Assembly (NCBI GenBank): GCA_046758505.1
Contig: JBHIAH010000036.1
Coordinates: 1-25,290, forward strand
Origin: Candidatus Methylomirabilales bacterium
Lineage (GTDB): Bacteria > Methylomirabilota > Methylomirabilia > Methylomirabilales > CSP1-5
Reading direction: 5' to 3'
DNA: 25,290 nt
Shown: piece by piece, positions 15,327 through 24,100 of the stretch
Position numbering within the stretch: the first letter of the stretch is position 1
Layout: the number at the start of each line of letters is the position of its first letter
Translations under genes and position numbers: made by a program
Notes under the pieces: model-generated
The model's input: only the letters and a program-made list of their open reading frames with translations
Database searches by the model: none
What the model was told of the DNA's origin: nothing

Positions 15327-16229
15327 ATGTTCTGGGAGCGGTCCCGACACCTGCTGGACGAGACCTTCCTCAATTTCCGCAGGGGGGGGTGGGGGGTGGT
15401 GGCGTCCATCGGGGCCATCACCGTGGCCTTCCTGGTGGCGGGAATCTTCCTGCTCCTGACCCTAAACTTGAGCACCGTGGTGGTCCGGTGGGCGGAGGAC
15501 TTCCAGGTGGTCGTCTTTCTCCGCGACGGGATCACCCCGGCGCAGCGGACCTTTCTCCGGAAACGACTGGATGGAGAGATGGCGGTCCGCACGGTGACCT
15601 ATGTCTCGAAGGAGAACGCCCTGGCCGACTTCCGGAAACAGATCCGGGGCCAGGAAAGCCTGCTGGAGGGGCTCAAGACGAACCCCCTGCCCGCCTCCTT
15701 TCAGCTGCGGATTCGGAAAACGTACCAGACGGGCGCCGCCCTGGGACAACTCGCCGCCTCGCTCAAGCGGATGGAAGGTGTCGAAGACGTCCTGTACGGC
15801 CAGGAGTGGGTCGAACGTCTGGCCAGCCTGATCCAGGTGATGAAAGTCCTCGGGGTCGTCATTGGGGCCGTGTTGGGGGTTGCTTCCCTCTTTATCGTGG
15901 CCAACACGATCCGATTGGCCGTGTACGCCCGCGCCCAGGAAATCGAAATCATGCGCATGGTCGGGGCCACCCGGGCCCACATCCAGATCCCCCTCATCCT
16001 CGAAGGCACCGTGCAGGGCGGGCTCGGGGCCGCCTTGGCCTTGGGCCTCCTCTATGTCTTGTTCCGAGGGACCCTGTGGCAATTGGGAGCGTCCGCCCCC
16101 CTGCTCTTCCCCCAACCTGAACTGGGCCATTTCCTCGGAACCCAGTACCGGATGGCCATGGTCGGCGTCGGCGCGCTGCTGGGGGGCGTGGGCAGCTTGG
16201 TGGCGGCCCGACGGTTTCTCAAGGTGTAA
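15327..16229 (+). CDS. ftsX: Cell division permease FtsX
   Basis: TM1, periplasmic domain (YVSKENALADF, NPLPASF, GVEDVLYGQEW), IVANTIRLAVYARAQEIEIMRMVGAT, P..LEG and further TMs. Confidence 0.95.
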   Translation: MFWERSRHLLDETFLNFRRGGWGVVASIGAITVAFLVAGIFLLLTLNLSTVVVRWAEDFQVVVFLRDGITPAQRTFLRKRLDGEMAVRTVTYVSKENALADFRKQIRGQESLLEGLKTNPLPASFQLRIRKTYQTGAALGQLAASLKRMEGVEDVLYGQEWVERLASLIQVMKVLGVVIGAVLGVASLFIVANTIRLAVYARAQEIEIMRMVGATRAHIQIPLILEGTVQGGLGAALALGLLYVLFRGTLWQLGASAPLLFPQPELGHFLGTQYRMAMVGVGALLGGVGSLVAARRFLKV

Positions 16230-16238
16230 GAGGAGGGA

Positions 16239-17420
16239 ATGGGACGCGTCCACGCTGGCGTGGCGGTGGCGGTGGCGGCCGTGCTGTTGGTGCCGGGAGG
16301 TCTTCAGGCCCGTGAGCGTGGAACGCTGCGCGAGAAGAAGCAGAAGCTCCAGACACTGAAGAAAGAGATCGCGGCGGAACGGAAGAAAGCCAAGCAAACC
16401 GCTGCGAAAGAGGCGGCTGCCCAGGCGACCCTCACAAAGATTCGTCGGCAGCTTCGGCAGAAGACGCGCCAGCTCAAGACGCTGGAGATAAAACTCCAGG
16501 CCCAGGAGCGGGCCCTCCGCAGGCTGAAACGGTCGATCAGCCGGGCGGAGCACGAGCGGCAAAAGATCACCGAGCGCTGGGCCCGCCGCCTCCGGGCCGT
16601 GTATAAGCAGGGACAGTTTGGCGTGTTCCGCCTGCTCCTCTCTTCCGAGAGCCTGACCGACATGGCGCGCCGGATGAAGTACCTCCGGATCATCACCGCC
16701 CAGGACCGGATCCTGAGCAAACGGTACGCCTCCACCGTGATCACCCTCCACAAGAAGCAGGCCGCACTCACGTCCCGCCGGGCCGCCCTGGCGAGGAGCC
16801 GAAATCGCGTCCGGGCAACGGAGGGGGCCATCGCCGATGAGAAGTGGCGGCAGCGGATCCTGCTGGCCCGGCTCCGAGAGGAGAAGGAGGGCTACTTCAC
16901 CGCGATCCGGGAGCTCGAAAAGGCCTCCGCCCGTCTCCAGGATCTCATCACAACGCTCAGCAAACAGGCGAAGGCCCGGGCGCGCCTGTCGCCCGCCCCT
17001 CCGCGAGGGGCGTTTGCTGCATTAAAGGGCAAGCTCCCCTGGCCCACCAGCGGAAAACTCGCCTTCCGCTTTGGCCGGCAGGACAATACCAAGTTTCATG
17101 CCAGGATCTTCAACAAGGGGATTGGGATTCGCGCTCCCCTGGGCCGGCCGATCCAGGCGGTCTATGACGGCACGGTCCTCTATGCCGACTGGTTTCGGGG
17201 GTACGGCAAGTTGCTCATCCTGGATCACGGCCACGGCTTCTATTCGCTGTACGCCTACGCCTCGGACTTCCTGGTCCAGGTGGGCGAGTCGGTGCGGGCT
17301 AGCCAGCCCATCGGGCGCGTTGGGGAGACCGGGTCCCTCGAAGGGCCCCAGCTCTATTTTGAACTGCGCTACCAGGGAGAGCCGCAGGACCCTCTTGCGT
17401 GGCTTTCCCCCCGGCCCTGA
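16239..17420 (+). CDS. envC: Murein hydrolase activator EnvC-like (coiled coil plus degenerate M23 domain)
   Basis: Signal peptide, long coiled coil, KGKLPWP, GYGKLLILDHG and LYFELR. Zn ligands are degenerate (NKGIGI, SLYAYA, LYF) as in EnvC. Follows ftsX. Confidence 0.88.
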   Translation: MGRVHAGVAVAVAAVLLVPGGLQARERGTLREKKQKLQTLKKEIAAERKKAKQTAAKEAAAQATLTKIRRQLRQKTRQLKTLEIKLQAQERALRRLKRSISRAEHERQKITERWARRLRAVYKQGQFGVFRLLLSSESLTDMARRMKYLRIITAQDRILSKRYASTVITLHKKQAALTSRRAALARSRNRVRATEGAIADEKWRQRILLARLREEKEGYFTAIRELEKASARLQDLITTLSKQAKARARLSPAPPRGAFAALKGKLPWPTSGKLAFRFGRQDNTKFHARIFNKGIGIRAPLGRPIQAVYDGTVLYADWFRGYGKLLILDHGHGFYSLYAYASDFLVQVGESVRASQPIGRVGETGSLEGPQLYFELRYQGEPQDPLAWLSPRP

Positions 17421-17445
17421 CATTTTCGCCTGACCCGCCCCCCTG

Positions 17446-17454
17446 TGGTATACT
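17446..17454 (+). promoter_or_regulatory. Possible extended -10 promoter of ctpA
   Basis: TG-G-TATACT about 60 nt upstream of ATG 17517, which has an AAAGGAGG RBS. No convincing -35. Confidence 0.5.
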
Positions 17455-17516
17455 TCTTGTATATCCCAGGGGGCACCCCCCGGGAGGGGGACTTGCGTGC
17501 AAAGGAGGTTCCTACC

Positions 17517-18809
17517 ATGTTCTCCAGGATACAGACGGGGCGGATGCGCATTATATTGGTGATTGCGTTGTTGACCGTGATCATCGTGACCAGCGGCGTT
17601 CAGTACCGGGTCGTGGCTACGGAGGAGCCCTACGACACGCTCAAGGTCTTTACCGAGGTCCTCACGCTGGTGCGAAGCAACTACGTCGAAACCACGCAGC
17701 CCAAGAACCTGATCTATGGGGCAATTCGGGGAATGCTGAACACGTTGGACCCCCACAGCTCGTTCATGCCGCCCGACGTCTACAAGGAGATGCAAATCGA
17801 AACCCATGGGAGCTTCGGCGGATTAGGGATCGAGATCACGGTGCGGGACCGGTATCTGACGGTGGTCGCCCCCATCGACGGGACCCCGGCGGATCGGGCT
17901 GGGCTCCACGCCGGAGACCGCATCGTCCGGATCGACGGCGCCCCGACTAAGGACATGACGCTGATGGAGGCGGTCCGAAAGCTCCGGGGACCCAAAGGCA
18001 CGCAGGTGACCGTCACCATCCTCCGCGAGGGGACGGAACCCTTTGATGTCCCCATCACCCGCGACATCATCGAAGTCCACAGTGTCCGCCAGTCAGATCT
18101 CGGGGAAGGGATTGGATACATTCGGCTGGTCTCATTTCAGGAACGGACCCGCCGGGACCTGGAGGAGGCCCTCACCGAACTCGAGGAGAATGGCATGCGC
18201 GGCCTCGTCCTTGACCTCCGGAATAACCCCGGCGGCTTGCTGAGTCAGGCAGTCCAGGTGGCTGATCTCTTTCTGGAGAAGGGAAAGCTGATCGTCTATA
18301 CCGAGGGCCGGGCGAAAAATCAGAACCTGCGCTTTGTCGACGAACATGAGAATCCCCAGGGCTTCCCTCTGGTGATCCTGGTGAACAAAGGCTCCGCCAG
18401 CGCCTCCGAGATCGTGGCCGGAGCACTCCAAGACCATCAGCGGGCGGTCCTGGTGGGAACGCAGACCTTTGGCAAGGGGACGGTCCAGACGGTGATTCCG
18501 CTCAAGGACGGCTCCGGGCTCAGGCTCACGACCGCCAAATATTTCACCCCGAGTCAGCGGGCCATCGACAGGACCGGCATCGCGCCGGACATCGTCGTCG
18601 AGCCGCCGAAGCCGGCGACGACGGCCAAGACCCGGCCCCCAACCAACCGGCAGGGACGGACGATCGGCGAGCAGGAAGGCGACACCTCCCGGCCCCTGGG
18701 GCGGCGCGCCCCCGATCCCAAGAAGGATCCGCAACTCGAACGCGCCGTGGAGGTCCTGAAGGCGATCCTGATCTTCAAGGGGCCCCCGGGGACGATGGCT
18801 TCCGGCTAG
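17517..18809 (+). CDS. ctpA: S41 family carboxy-terminal processing protease
   Basis: LDPHSSF, PDZ motif FGGLGIEI, LDLRNNPGGLL, SASASEIVAGALQD, TFGKGTVQ, LTTAKYFTP, GIAPDI and DPQL. Confidence 0.95.
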   Translation: MFSRIQTGRMRIILVIALLTVIIVTSGVQYRVVATEEPYDTLKVFTEVLTLVRSNYVETTQPKNLIYGAIRGMLNTLDPHSSFMPPDVYKEMQIETHGSFGGLGIEITVRDRYLTVVAPIDGTPADRAGLHAGDRIVRIDGAPTKDMTLMEAVRKLRGPKGTQVTVTILREGTEPFDVPITRDIIEVHSVRQSDLGEGIGYIRLVSFQERTRRDLEEALTELEENGMRGLVLDLRNNPGGLLSQAVQVADLFLEKGKLIVYTEGRAKNQNLRFVDEHENPQGFPLVILVNKGSASASEIVAGALQDHQRAVLVGTQTFGKGTVQTVIPLKDGSGLRLTTAKYFTPSQRAIDRTGIAPDIVVEPPKPATTAKTRPPTNRQGRTIGEQEGDTSRPLGRRAPDPKKDPQLERAVEVLKAILIFKGPPGTMASG

Positions 18810-18824
18810 TCGGCAAGCCAAAGA

Positions 18825-18984
18825 AGCTGCCAGCGGCCAGCCGTCAGCAACCAATAAATGGCAGTCAGCCGTCCGCAGTCAGCAGTCAGCTTTAGAGTTG
18901 TTAGGGTTACTACGCATTCTTGCTGACTGCTGATAGCTGATCGCTGACAGCGGATATTTTGCTGATTGCTGACTGCTGATAGCT
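18825..18984. repeat. Double (nested) inverted heptamer arrays, TCAGC/GCTGA core
   Basis: Left arms agctgcc agcggcc agccgtc agcaacc (18825-18852) and ggcagtc agccgtc cgcagtc agcagtc agc (18860-18890). Right arms gctgact gctgata gctgatc gctgaca gc (18922-18951) and gctgatt gctgact gctgata gct (18961-18984). Confidence 0.88.
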
Positions 18985-18995
18985 TTTGGGAAGGT

Positions 18996-20057
18996 ATGGC
19001 TGACCTTATCCTGGGCATCGAGACCTCGTGTGATGAAACCGCGGCTGCGGTGCTGGAGGCGGGCGAAAAGATCCGATCCAACATCGTGGCATCGCAGGCA
19101 GGGCTCCACGCCCCGTACGGAGGGATCGTCCCCGAGCTCGCCTCCCGGCGCCACCTGGAGATGATCGGCCCGGTCATCCGGCTGGCGATCCGCGAGGCGG
19201 GGATGGACTTTGCCGACCTGAGCGGCATCGCGGTGACGGTCGGCCCCGGCCTGGTGGGCTCTCTCCTCGTCGGCGTGTCGGCCGCCAAGGCGTTAGCGTA
19301 CACCCTGGGAAAGCCGCTCGTGGGTGTCAACCACATCGAGGGGCATCTGACCGCCGGGCACCTTGACCATCCCCACCTCGGGACCCCCTATGTGGCCCTA
19401 GTCGCCTCGGGGGGGCACACGCACCTGTATCACGCGGCGGCTCCAGGGAAATACTCCCTGCTGGGCTGCACCCGAGACGACGCGGCCGGAGAGGCCTTTG
19501 ATAAGGTCGCCAAGATCCTCGGCCTGCCATACCCGGGCGGCCCCCAGGTCGAACGCGTTGCGCAGGCCGGCGATCCCCGCTCCGTCCCCTTCCCCCGGCC
19601 GATCCTCGGTCATGGATCGCTCGACTTCAGCTTCAGCGGACTCAAGACCGCGGTCATCCATTATCTCGAGAAGCGAGGGTCCAGGCCACCTCGGAGACGG
19701 GGCAGCCCCAAGGCGGGTGGCCGCGACTCCGCCCCGCTGCATCGCCAGCTCGTGGCGGACATCGCCGCCAGCTTTCAGCAGGCGGTCGTCGATGTCCTGA
19801 CGCGCATTACGATCAAGGCTGCCCGGCGCGTCAGCGCCAGGCGCATCCTCCTGACGGGCGGGGTCGCCTGCAACCAGACCCTTCGACGCCACCTGGCGCA
19901 CGAAGCCATCCGCCATGGAATCGAGGCGTACTGGCCCCGCCCCGAGCTCTGCACCGACAACGCCGCCATGATCGCCGCGGCCGGATCCGCCCGCCTCGGC
20001 CGAGGCGAGCTCGCCCCGCTCGACCTCAATGCCGCCGCGAATCTCCCCCTCTGCTAA
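18996..20057 (+). CDS. tsaD: tRNA N6-adenosine threonylcarbamoyltransferase TsaD
   Basis: ILGIETSCDET, GGIVPELASRRH, GPGLVGSL, VNHIEGH, SGGHT, DDAAGEAFDK, FSFSGLKTAV, GGVACN and CTDNAAMIA. Confidence 0.97.
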   Translation: MADLILGIETSCDETAAAVLEAGEKIRSNIVASQAGLHAPYGGIVPELASRRHLEMIGPVIRLAIREAGMDFADLSGIAVTVGPGLVGSLLVGVSAAKALAYTLGKPLVGVNHIEGHLTAGHLDHPHLGTPYVALVASGGHTHLYHAAAPGKYSLLGCTRDDAAGEAFDKVAKILGLPYPGGPQVERVAQAGDPRSVPFPRPILGHGSLDFSFSGLKTAVIHYLEKRGSRPPRRRGSPKAGGRDSAPLHRQLVADIAASFQQAVVDVLTRITIKAARRVSARRILLTGGVACNQTLRRHLAHEAIRHGIEAYWPRPELCTDNAAMIAAAGSARLGRGELAPLDLNAAANLPLC

Positions 20058-20062
20058 CCGAT

Positions 20063-20149
20063 AGTCGAGAGTCGAGCGCTCAGAGTCGAGAGACTTCAGA
20101 ACAATAAACGGAGACCCTGACTCTCAACTCTCGACTCTCCGCTCTCAAC
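20063..20149. repeat. Inverted pair of degenerate heptamer arrays (AGTCGAG / TCTCRAC)
   Basis: agtcgag agtcgag cgctcag agtcgag (20063-20090) and ccctgac tctcaac tctcgac tctccgc tctcaac (20115-20149), between the convergent tsaD and SurA-like stops. Confidence 0.85.
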
Positions 20150-20154
20150 GGAAG

Positions 20155-21135
20155 TTATTTGCCGAGACGGACATCGATGTAGGCCTTCGCCTTGATCTCC
20201 GCAAAGTACGCCTTCATCCGTTGCCGGAGCTTCTCGGCGAGGAGGCGTTGACGCATCTGCTCCCGGACCCTGGCAATCGGGACATCGCCGATCGTCCGCT
20301 CCTCCACCTTGATGATATTGAGTCCCGCACCGGTTTCGACCACCTCGCTGATGCTTCCCGGCTTCAGCGAAAAGGCGACCGACTCCAGCGCAGGGTCCAG
20401 TTCTCCCTTACGGATTACCCCCAGATCCCCCCCCTCCTGCGCCGCCGCACCGTCGGAATACTGCGCAGCGACTTGTGCGAAGTCGGCCCCGTCCTTGAGC
20501 TGCTCCAGCGCCTCCGCTGCGCGGGTCCGCGCCTGGGCGCGGTCGGCCGGGGAGGCTTGCCGGGGGAGGCGAACCAGAATATGGCGGATGCGGACGGAAG
20601 GGGCCTGTTGGAATTCATCCGTGTGGGCCTCGTAATACCGAGTCACCTCTTCCTCAGACACGAGGACGCTGGTCCGCACCTTCTTGATCAGGAGCCGGTC
20701 CACCACCAGCTGCTCCCAGACCTTGGTCCTGAACTCCCGCAGGGTGAGATTTTCCTGGGCGAGGGCGGCGGCGAACTCGACGTCGCTACTGAGTCCGTTC
20801 TGCCGCTTGATCTTTTCGAGGGTCGCCGTCACCTCGGCCCGATTCACGGTCACTTTCTCCTTCTTCGCCTCCTGGAGCTGCAAGCGCCGAAGGATCAGGG
20901 CATCGAGGATCTGCCGCTCGGTAATCTCCATTTGGCTCGCCCGGGCGTCCCCCGTGAGCTCCTCCCGGATCCGCTGTATCAGGGGTTTCTCCTCCTTTTG
21001 GAGCTCGCTCAGGGTAATCACCTCGTCGTTCACCACGGCAACCACCTTATCGATGAGGACGGGTTGCCCGGCCGCCGCGGCCCGCACCGAGATGAGGAGC
21101 GCCAGGAGCACAGGTGTTCGGTGCCGGCCCATCAC
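20155..21135 (-). CDS. SurA-like periplasmic chaperone / parvulin peptidyl-prolyl isomerase
   Basis: Signal peptide, IDKVVAVVNDEVITLSEL, SurA N-domain and a single parvulin domain (IRHILV, DFAQVAAQYS, GGDLG, AFSLKPG.IS). Start GTG 21135 overlaps the mfd stop, or ATG 21132. Confidence 0.9.
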   Translation of the reverse strand: MMGRHRTPVLLALLISVRAAAAGQPVLIDKVVAVVNDEVITLSELQKEEKPLIQRIREELTGDARASQMEITERQILDALILRRLQLQEAKKEKVTVNRAEVTATLEKIKRQNGLSSDVEFAAALAQENLTLREFRTKVWEQLVVDRLLIKKVRTSVLVSEEEVTRYYEAHTDEFQQAPSVRIRHILVRLPRQASPADRAQARTRAAEALEQLKDGADFAQVAAQYSDGAAAQEGGDLGVIRKGELDPALESVAFSLKPGSISEVVETGAGLNIIKVEERTIGDVPIARVREQMRQRLLAEKLRQRMKAYFAEIKAKAYIDVRLGK

Positions 21136-24100
21136 GTCTCCCCCGCCGCCCCGACGGACTCTCCGCGGGGCTCCAGCATCTGGTCAAGCAGGGCCTGGAG
21201 CCTGGCAATCCGCTCGAGCGCCGAGGCCCCATCACACCGAAGCTCTAGGGCATCCTCCTGCACATACCGGAGCGCACCCCCCATCGCTTGAAGGAGGCCG
21301 ACGACCCGCTCTGGCGAGACGGGGGGGGCTGGCCCAAAGGCAATCCGCACGCCGGGGGAGCGGGCGTCGATCTCCCTGATCCGGAGCATCCGGGCCCGCG
21401 CCTTCAGGTCGACGGCGCGCAACAGATGCTCAACCGGCAGGGGGGGAGGGCCAAACCGGTCCCGGAGCTCGCCGGCGAATTCCGCGCGCTCTGCTGCGGA
21501 GGTGGCCGCCGCGAGCCGCCGGTACAGGGTAAGGCGGACCGCGGCATCCGACACGTATGCCTCGGGGATGTACGCCTCGAGGGGGAGACGGAGCACCGGG
21601 TCCACTTCCACTCCACGATCCGCTCCCTTCAGCTCCTGGACCGTCTCTTGGATCAGTTGACAGTACAGGTCAAACCCCACGGCGTTAATGTGCCCATGCT
21701 GCTCGACCCCCAGCAGATTGCCCGCGCCCCGGATCTCCAGATCCCTGGCCGCAATTTTGAAGCCGGACCCCAGTTCGGTCAGTTCGGCGACGACCTGGAG
21801 GCGCCTTCGGGCACTGTCACTGAGGGCCTCCTCCCGAGGGACGAGGAGGAAGGCATGCGCCCGGAACCGGTCGCGGCCGACCCGACCCCGCAGCTGATAG
21901 AGCTGGGCGAGCCCGAATCGATCCGCGCGATTGATGATGATCGTATTGGCGGTCGGGATATCGAGGCCCGACTCGATGATGGCGGTACAGCAGAGCAGTT
22001 GATACCGCTTGGCGTAAAAGTCGCACATGACGCGTTCCAGCGCCTCCTCCCTCATCTGCCCGTGGGCCACGGCGATCCGCACGTGCGGCAGGAGGCGTTT
22101 GAGAAACCGCGCCATGGCGTGGATGCTCTCGACGCGGTTGTGCACGAAGAAGACCTGGCCGCCCCGGCCGATCTCTTCCTCGACCGCCTGCCGGATCACT
22201 TCGGGATCGAAGCGGGTGACAAAGGTGCGGATACTCAACCGATCTTCGGGTGGGGTCTCGATGGTGGACACATCCCGCACCCCCAACATCGCCATATGGA
22301 GGGTCCGGGGGATGGGGGTGGCCGTCAGGGTGAGGACATCCACCTCGGTGCGAAACTGCTTCAGGCGCTCCTTGGCGGCCACGCCAAACCGTTGCTCCTC
22401 GTCCACCGCAAGGAGACCCAGATCTCGGAAGCGCACGTCCTTCTGCAGCAGCCGATGGGTACCGATGACGATGTCGACGGTTCCGTCCCGAAGCCCTCGG
22501 AGCACCTTCTGCTGCTCCCCGCGGGTCCGGAACCGGGAGAGCATCTCCACGACAATCGGAAAGGGGGCGAAGCGATCCGAGAACGACTGGAAGTGCTGGA
22601 GGGCCAAGACCGTCGTCGGGACGAGTACGGCGACCTGTGTGCCGTCCATGACCGCCTTGAACGCGGCCCGCATGGCTACCTCGGTCTTGCCGTAGCCAAC
22701 ATCGCCGCAGATCAGGCGGTCCATGGGCTGCGGCCGTTCCATATCCCCTTTGACCTGCTGGATGGCGGTGATCTGATGTGCCGTCTCCTCAAAGGGGAAG
22801 GCGGCCTCGAACTCTCGCTGCCAGGGGGTGTCCGGGGCGAAACCATGTCCGTCGGCCACCTGGCGAGCGGCATAGAGCTTCAGGAGCTCACGCGCCATCT
22901 CGCGAATGGAGGCGCGCACCCGCTCCTTCGCCCTGGCCCACGCGCTGGATCCCAAACGATCCAGGGGAGGTCCGCCCGCAGCGGCGTCGGCGCCGACATA
23001 GCGTTGGATGAGATGCAGCTTGTCCACCGGGACGTAGAGCTTATCGGCGCCCGCATACTCGAGCAGGAGGTAATCTCCCTCCACCTCGCCCACCATGAGC
23101 TTCTGCAGGCCGTGAAACCGGCCAAGGCCATGATCCACATGGACCACGACATCTCCCGGCTGCAAGTCTGCGAATACCGCAAAGGGCCGGGCCTCTCGGA
23201 TTTTTGGCCGCCGGGCGGAGACCGCCCTGCGCGGGCCGAAGATCTCTGCCTCCGTGAGGTAGGTCTGTTTGAGGGGCGCAAAGTGAAAGCCGGCGCTGAG
23301 CCCCCCCTCCTGAATCTGGATCCGTCCGGACACGGGAGGCCCGTCGGTGACGGTCGCCCCGAGATCGTGCTCGCGCAGAACCTCCCACAGGCGCCGGGCC
23401 TGGGCCGTCCCCCGGGCGACGAGGGTGATGGCGCGGCCTTCCCGACGCCAGATCCCAAGATCGCGCGCCAGGGGCGTGAACCGCCCCTGATACGAAGGGA
23501 TCTGCGTGGTCTCAAACACGCAGGGGGCAGCCTCGGGTCCTGGGGCCGGCACAAACGGGAACAGATCGATCCGGGACCGGGAGGCGAGGGTCTCGTGGAT
23601 GTCCTTCCAGCGGTGGTGCGTCGCGGCAAGCGGGGGGAGCCCTTCTCCCCGATGCTGCGCGTACGCTCCGACCAGCAGGTCTCCAACCGCCTGCGCCCTG
23701 GCCGCCACCTGGTCCGGATCATCCCAGACGAGTATCGTGCCCGGCGGAAAATACTCCCACAGGGGGACCGTGTGCTGATAAAAGAAGGGCAGATACCGTT
23801 CGATCCCGGGCCCGCGCCTTCCCGCCTCGACCGCGTCCTGTAAGACGGGAGAGCCTTTTCCTCCTGTCCGTTGCCGCGCCAACCCGCGGGACTCCGGGCT
23901 CAGGAGGACCTCTGAGAGGGGGAGGATGGCTACCCCCCCCACGCGCTGCAGGGTCGCCAGCGAGCGTTGTGTCCCCACATCAAAGGTCCGGATCGATTCA
24001 ATCTCATCCCCAAAGAATTCGATGCGGACCGGATGCGCAAGATCCGGAACCCCGATGTCCAGGATACCCCCCCGGCGGCTATACTCCCCCGCCTGCTCTA

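Noticed and set aside
16239..17420. Missing Zn ligands in the M23 domain as a sign of pseudogenisation
   Set aside because: A degenerate active site is the normal state of EnvC-type activators downstream of ftsEX.
18825..18984. Repeat arrays as a possible CRISPR array
   Set aside because: Units are 7-8 nt, directly tandem, with no unique 25-45 nt spacers, and there are no cas genes in the window.
21288..23843. 851-aa plus-strand ORF, and similarly 20221-21291, 7355-8374, 15462-16751 and 736-1665
   Set aside because: These lie antisense to well-supported genes (mfd, SurA-like, fmt, ftsX/envC, cytochrome) and show no recognisable domains.
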